64,000 nt of DNA. Origin: Alphaproteobacteria bacterium (lineage in GTDB: Bacteria; Pseudomonadota; Alphaproteobacteria; UBA6615). Location: contig CBDHEC010000051.1 in assembly GCA_965261975.1 (NCBI GenBank), positions 64,001 through 128,000 on the forward strand. Reading direction: 5' to 3'. The position numbers were made by a program, and so were the translations under genes. Under the pieces are notes generated by a model, which saw only the letters and a program-made list of their open reading frames with translations, was not told where the DNA came from and did no database searches. Shown here in pieces: positions 59,062-64,000 of the stretch. Within the stretch, counting starts at the first letter, position 1; every line of letters starts with the position of its first letter.

Positions 59062-59571
59062 ATGTTTGATATCGGTTGGCCAGAGCTGTTGCTGGTGATG
59101 GTCATCGCCCTGATAGTGATCGGCCCCAAAGAGCTGCCGAATGCGATACGCACGGTCATGATGGTCGTGCGAAAGCTGCGTGGTGCGGCGCGTGAGTTCC
59201 AGAGCGGCCTCGACGATATCGCTCGTGAATCCGGTCTCGACGACGTCAAACGTCAGATGGACGACATCGATTTCTATGATCCCGGCGAAGCGCTGAAGAA
59301 CATCGCGGATTCGGATTCGGACCTGCTCGGTCTTGATGATGACCCCGACCTTCCCGCCGGCAACAGCATTCTCGATAACAACAACACCTATTCGCCGCCT
59401 GAAGATAACGTACCACCGCATGGCGATGCTGCGGGCCCGTTCGACACAACCCCGGCAGACAGCGCCGATGGGGTGAAAGCAGAAGGACCGTTGGAAGAGG
59501 TACCAGATCCTGGATCCGAGAAACCGAAGGTCGACGAGACGAAACCCGTCAAGAGCGGCGACAACGCATGA
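59062..59571 (+). CDS. tatB: Tat translocase subunit TatB
   Basis: MFDIGWPELL...ALIVIGPKELP. Confidence 0.95.
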   Translation: MFDIGWPELLLVMVIALIVIGPKELPNAIRTVMMVVRKLRGAAREFQSGLDDIARESGLDDVKRQMDDIDFYDPGEALKNIADSDSDLLGLDDDPDLPAGNSILDNNNTYSPPEDNVPPHGDAAGPFDTTPADSADGVKAEGPLEEVPDPGSEKPKVDETKPVKSGDNA

Positions 59572-60404
59572 CCTCCGATACGCAAGAGCCGGAAGAAACA
59601 GCTGCGGAAGATGATTCCGGGGCCGGGCCCGACGACCGGAAAATGTCGCTGATCGAACATCTGACCGAATTGCGTCGTCGGTTGATGTATGCAGCGCTCG
59701 CGTTCGTTTTGGTGTTTCTTGTCTGCTTCTACTTTTCCGACACGTTTTTCAATTTTCTGGTCGAGCCGCTGGCATCGGTCTGGAGCGGCGGTGATCGGCG
59801 CCTGATCTACACCGCCCTGCACGAGAAATTTTTCACCAATATCAAGGTCGCCTTCTTCTCCGCGGCCTTCCTCTCGTTCCCGATTTTCGCCGCGCAAATT
59901 TACATGTTCGTCGCGCCGGGGCTCTACAAGAACGAGAAGGGTGCATTCCTGCCCTTCCTGATCGCGACCCCGTTCCTGTTCTTCGGTGGCGGCGCGTTTG
60001 TCTATTACATCGTGATGCCGGTCGCGTGGCAGTTCTTCACGAGCTTCGAACAACTGGCTGCCGGTTCCGGGGGGCTCCCGATTCAGTTGGAGCCCAAGGT
60101 CAATGAATACTTGTCGTTGGTGATGCGGCTGATCTTTGCATTCGGGATCAGTTTCGAATTGCCGGTTGTCCTGTCGCTGCTGGCCAAGGTGGGCATCGTC
60201 ACCGCCGACGGGCTCAAGAAGAAACGCCGCTATGCGATCGTCGTCGCCTTCGTGGCGGCAGCCATACTGACGCCGCCGGACCCCCTCAGTCAGCTCGCGC
60301 TCGCGATCCCGATCATCGTGCTCTATGAGGTCTCCATCTACTGCGCCGTCCTGATCGGAAGACGGAAGGACGAGGACGCGGCGGAGAATGAGGCAAACAG
60401 CTAA
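59568..60404 (+). CDS. tatC: Tat translocase subunit TatC
   Basis: LIEHLTELRRRL, FVAPGLYKNEK, FELPV, LTPPD. Confidence 0.96.
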   Translation: MTSDTQEPEETAAEDDSGAGPDDRKMSLIEHLTELRRRLMYAALAFVLVFLVCFYFSDTFFNFLVEPLASVWSGGDRRLIYTALHEKFFTNIKVAFFSAAFLSFPIFAAQIYMFVAPGLYKNEKGAFLPFLIATPFLFFGGGAFVYYIVMPVAWQFFTSFEQLAAGSGGLPIQLEPKVNEYLSLVMRLIFAFGISFELPVVLSLLAKVGIVTADGLKKKRRYAIVVAFVAAAILTPPDPLSQLALAIPIIVLYEVSIYCAVLIGRRKDEDAAENEANS

Positions 60405-60473
60405 GTCCGCAGAACTGGACGCGATTCGCCCCGAGTCCCTATAAGGACGCGACCTTAGTCCGGCGGATTTCCC

Positions 60474-61760
60474 ATGCTTGATCTCAGATGGATTCGTGAG
60501 CATCCCGACGCGTTCGACCGCAGCCTTGTCCGGCGCGGTGACGAACCCTTGTCGGCACAGTTGCTCGACCTCGACGCGCAACGACGCGACGCACAAACGC
60601 GACTGCAGGAGATGCAGGAACGCCGCAACGCGGCCTCGAAGCAAATCGGCGCGGCGATGCAGGACGGCCGCAAGGACGAGGCCGAACAACTCAAGGCCGA
60701 GGTCGGAGACATCAAGGGGCAGATGGATGTCGTCGAGACCGAAGAGAAAGAGGCCTCTGACGCCCTGAACGACCTGCTGTCGGGCATTCCGAACATCCTC
60801 GATGACGATGTCCCCGACGGCGCGGACGAGGACGACAACCGCGAAGTGCGCGTCGTCGGAGATATTCCGGCGTTTGAATTCGAGGCGAAAGAGCATTTCG
60901 ATATCGGCGAGGCGTTGGGCCTGATGGATTTCGAAACGGCGGCGGAATTGTCCGGGTCGCGGTTTGTCATCCTGAAGGGAGCGCTCGCCCGCATGGAGCG
61001 TGCGCTCGCGGACTTCATGCTCGACATCCACACCGAAGAATATGGCTATACCGAAATCAGCCCGCCGCTCCTGGTCCGCGATGACGTGCTGTTTGGCACA
61101 GGCCAGTTGCCGAAGTTCGCCGACGATCTCTTCCGGACCGAAGACGGCCGCTGGCTGATCCCGACAGCCGAAGTGCCGCTGACCAACATGGTTGCGGGCA
61201 AGATTCTCGACGCCGCGGAGCTGCCGGTTCGGGTGACGGCACACACCTCATGTTTCCGGGCCGAAGCGGGGGCCGCGGGGCGGGACACGCGCGGCATGCT
61301 TCGCCAGCATCAGTTCTACAAGGTGGAGCTTGTCTCCGTTGTCGCGCCGGATGAATCCGACGCCGAGCTCGACCGCATGACTGGTTGCGCCGAAGAAGTC
61401 CTGAAACGGCTCGGGTTGCCGTACCGCCTTGTCATCTTGTGCAGCGGCGATACCGGGTTCGGTGCGGCGAAGACTCACGACATCGAAGTCTGGATGCCGG
61501 GGCAGGCCACCTACCGCGAGATTTCGAGCTGCTCCAATACCCGGAGCTTCCAGGCGCGCCGCATGAATGCGCGATACCGCCCGGCGGGCGACGGGCAGGG
61601 CCCAGAGCATGTCCACACCCTCAATGGTTCGGGGGTCGCGGTCGGTCGCGCTCTGATTGCCATCCTTGAGAACTATCAGAATGAGGACGGTTCAGTGACG
61701 GTCCCGGAAGCGCTGCGGCCATACATGGCCGGGCTGGAAGTGATCCGCGACGATGTATGA
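60474..61760 (+). CDS. serS: Serine--tRNA ligase
   Basis: [23 protein letters not shown]...[30 protein letters not shown]. Confidence 0.97.
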   Translation: MLDLRWIREHPDAFDRSLVRRGDEPLSAQLLDLDAQRRDAQTRLQEMQERRNAASKQIGAAMQDGRKDEAEQLKAEVGDIKGQMDVVETEEKEASDALNDLLSGIPNILDDDVPDGADEDDNREVRVVGDIPAFEFEAKEHFDIGEALGLMDFETAAELSGSRFVILKGALARMERALADFMLDIHTEEYGYTEISPPLLVRDDVLFGTGQLPKFADDLFRTEDGRWLIPTAEVPLTNMVAGKILDAAELPVRVTAHTSCFRAEAGAAGRDTRGMLRQHQFYKVELVSVVAPDESDAELDRMTGCAEEVLKRLGLPYRLVILCSGDTGFGAAKTHDIEVWMPGQATYREISSCSNTRSFQARRMNARYRPAGDGQGPEHVHTLNGSGVAVGRALIAILENYQNEDGSVTVPEALRPYMAGLEVIRDDV

Positions 61761-62553
61761 GTTTCCCAAACGGACCGACAAGCTTCGTATCCTGATTTCC
61801 AACGATGACGGCGTGCGCGCGCCAGGCATCAAGGTGCTGCACCGCATCGCGCGCGAACTCACCGACGATGTTTGGATATGTGCACCGCTGGAGGAACAAA
61901 GCGGCGCGGGACATTCACTCACGCTGCGGTATCCGATCTGGCTTCGGCGCCTCGCGACCCGACGCTATGCCGTCGAGGGAACCCCGACGGACAGCGTTCT
62001 GGTCGGCATTCACCAGGCCCTCAAGGACCGCAAGCCAGACCTCGTCCTGTCGGGGATCAATCGCGGCAGCAACATGGGCGAGTTCATTACCTATTCGGGC
62101 ACCTGCGCCGCCGCGATGGAGGCGACGATTCTTGGTGTGCCGGCCATTGCGCTCAGCCAGCAGACAGACTTTGACCGCAGCTTCACACACTGGTCGACCG
62201 CCGAGCAGCACGCGCCGGGGGTTATCCGAAAACTGCTGCGCACGGGCTGGCCGGACCGGACCTTCATCAACATCAACTTTCCCGATTGCCTGCCCGAGGA
62301 AGTCGCGGGTGTCGAAATCACCGAACAGGGCACACGCCCCATGGGAGATTCCCTCGTGGAAAGCCGCCACCCGCGCGGTGGACGGTATTTCTGGGTCGGT
62401 GCGTTGCCGACCCATGCAAAGGGCAAGAAAGGTACCGACCTTGCTGCGGTTGAGGGAAAGCGGATCTCCGTAACACCGGTCGACCTGAATTTCACGAACA
62501 AGCGGGCCATGAAGCCACTCGCCGAAGCGTTCAAGGGATACCGGAAGCGATGA
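61753..62553 (+). CDS. surE: 5'/3'-nucleotidase SurE
   Basis: [39 protein letters not shown]. Confidence 0.96.
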   Translation: MYEFPKRTDKLRILISNDDGVRAPGIKVLHRIARELTDDVWICAPLEEQSGAGHSLTLRYPIWLRRLATRRYAVEGTPTDSVLVGIHQALKDRKPDLVLSGINRGSNMGEFITYSGTCAAAMEATILGVPAIALSQQTDFDRSFTHWSTAEQHAPGVIRKLLRTGWPDRTFININFPDCLPEEVAGVEITEQGTRPMGDSLVESRHPRGGRYFWVGALPTHAKGKKGTDLAAVEGKRISVTPVDLNFTNKRAMKPLAEAFKGYRKR

Positions 62554-63197
62554 GCACGCCCGCGCATCGCGCGCGCCTGATCCTCGCGCTTCGTAGCGCC
62601 GGTATCACCGATACGAAGGCGTTGTCTGCGATTGAGAGTTTACCGCGCGAAATGTTCGTGCCCGACGCGTTTCAGGACCGGGCCTATGAAGATACAGCGT
62701 TGCCCATCGGGTATGGCCAGACCCTGAGCCAACCGCTCGTCGTGGCAACGATGATCCAGGGGCTGGAACTCGGAAACCGCGAAAAGCTTCTCGAAGTTGG
62801 CACCGGCTCGGGCTATCACGCCGCAATTTTGTCCCATTTGTGTCGCCGGGTGTACACGATCGAGCGTCACAGACCGCTTCTGGTCGAAGCGCAGGCCAAG
62901 TTCGAGGCGCTCGGCCTGAGCAACGTTGTCACTGTGGCAGGGGATGGGATGAAGGGTTGGCCCGAACAGGCTCCGTTCGATCGGATCAGCGTCACGGCGG
63001 CCGGTGACGCGCCGCCGCAGCAACTGCTCGACCAACTAAAGGTCGGCGGAATCATGATCATGCCGGTCGGTGGGCAGAGCCGGGTCCAACAGCTCGTGCG
63101 CTATCGGCGCACAGAGACGACCGTGGAAAGCGAGGCGTTGATGGATGTGCGTTTCGTGCCGTTGTTGCCGGGGGTCGCCGAGGCCGCGGAGGCCTGA
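62550..63197 (+). CDS. pcm: Protein-L-isoaspartate(D-aspartate) O-methyltransferase
   Basis: AYED.ALPIG.GQTLSQP, LEVGTGSGY, APFDRI.VTAA, VRFVPL. Sits between surE and nlpD. Confidence 0.95.
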   Translation: MSTPAHRARLILALRSAGITDTKALSAIESLPREMFVPDAFQDRAYEDTALPIGYGQTLSQPLVVATMIQGLELGNREKLLEVGTGSGYHAAILSHLCRRVYTIERHRPLLVEAQAKFEALGLSNVVTVAGDGMKGWPEQAPFDRISVTAAGDAPPQQLLDQLKVGGIMIMPVGGQSRVQQLVRYRRTETTVESEALMDVRFVPLLPGVAEAAEA

Positions 63198-63199
63198 GC

Positions 63200-64000
63200 A
63201 TGGCGACAGCAGCCCTGCGTACCACCCGATTGCGCTCAATTACCTGGCTGGTCCTCGCAGCCGGCGCACTGGCCGCATGCGCGGGCCCGGGTGGCAGGGC
63301 GGAGGTCATCGACAGGAGCTACCGGAGCGACAACAAGCCCGCCGTGCCGTCCGGCGCCTATGTCGTGCAGCGCGGTGATACGGTCTATGGCGTGGCCCAG
63401 CGAAACGGAGTCTCGACCCGGGCCCTGATCGACTGGAACAGGCTTCGCCCGCCATATTTGCTCGTGCCGGGACAGGCACTACGCCTCCCGAGCAGCCGCA
63501 CATACACAGTCCGGCGCGGTGATTCCGTCTATGCCATTTCCCGCCGGTTCGGCGTCGACATGACGACCATCGTCCGGCTGAACAACATCCCGTCGCCCTA
63601 TACGATACATGTTGGCCAACGCCTGCAGTTGCCCGCCAACGCGGCGCCGGAAACGCAAGTAGCCGGTACATCCACGACGTTGGCCGGAAGCACAACCGGC
63701 AGCAAACCGGCGCCAAGGCCGGCGACGGGCTCGTCTGCGGGCCCGGTGGCTAAACCGGCAGCACCGCGCCAGGTCGTGTCCGTCCCGCGCCCGCCGGCAC
63801 GTGCGGGTGACGGTTTCGTCTGGCCGGTGGAGGGCCGGGTCGTCTCGTCGTTCGGGTCGAAGAGCGATGGGCGGCATAATGACGGCCTCAATATCGCGGC
63901 CCCGAGGGGCGCCCCGGTCCGGGCGGCCGAGAACGGCGTCGTTGCTTATGCCGGGAAAGAAATTCGGGGCTTCGGCAACCTTCTGCTGATCAAGCATGAT
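63200..64000 (+). CDS. nlpD: LysM/M23 peptidase-family lipoprotein (NlpD-like); runs off the right edge
   Basis: Read manually from ATG 63200: lipobox LAAC, two LysM repeats (YVVQRGDTVY; YTVRRGDSVY) and an M23 start (FVWPVEGRV...NDGLNIAAP.G.PV.AAENG.V.YAG...FGNLLLIKH). Confidence 0.9.
   Translation, partial: MATAALRTTRLRSITWLVLAAGALAACAGPGGRAEVIDRSYRSDNKPAVPSGAYVVQRGDTVYGVAQRNGVSTRALIDWNRLRPPYLLVPGQALRLPSSRTYTVRRGDSVYAISRRFGVDMTTIVRLNNIPSPYTIHVGQRLQLPANAAPETQVAGTSTTLAGSTTGSKPAPRPATGSSAGPVAKPAAPRQVVSVPRPPARAGDGFVWPVEGRVVSSFGSKSDGRHNDGLNIAAPRGAPVRAAENGVVAYAGKEIRGFGNLLLIKHD

Noticed and set aside
59388-61244. Long antisense ORFs (e.g. 59388..61244, 6190..7416, 29552..30889, 53485..54528)
   Set aside because: Shadow frames of well-supported high-GC genes, with no recognisable motifs.

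Overview
High-GC alphaproteobacterial chromosome segment, probably Rhodospirillales-like (inferred from the GTTC-N7-GTTC LexA box, popZ, and the pcm-tolC-popZ-valS and erpA/dgt-argS-SPOR-nagZ-scpAB-tatABC-serS-surE-pcm-nlpD gene orders). The left end holds the SOS mutagenesis cassette imuA-imuB-dnaE2. About 6-36 kb is accessory metabolism: a YciI/MetE-like/TauD operon, malonyl-CoA decarboxylase, tandem YdhR-like genes, a DMT-type III PKS-ICMT operon, tRNA-Asn, a ureide catabolic locus, a probable aromatic/heterocycle catabolic run and tRNA-Cys. The right half is mostly housekeeping. The best candidate for an undescribed system is 21.8-31.1 kb: a TrtA-type (triuret) cysteine hydrolase, a permease, an AllH-AllF(FdrA)-AllG(YlbE) carbamoyltransferase-like trio and carbamate kinase, divergent from allophanate hydrolase, with no biuret hydrolase in the window. 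This suggests (inference) an ATP-yielding phosphorolysis of carboxybiuret or biuret. Clustered frameshifts in dnaE2, tolC and valS look like sequencing or assembly insertion errors. No integrase, transposase, CRISPR array or rRNA was seen. All product calls come from motif recognition by eye, not database searches.
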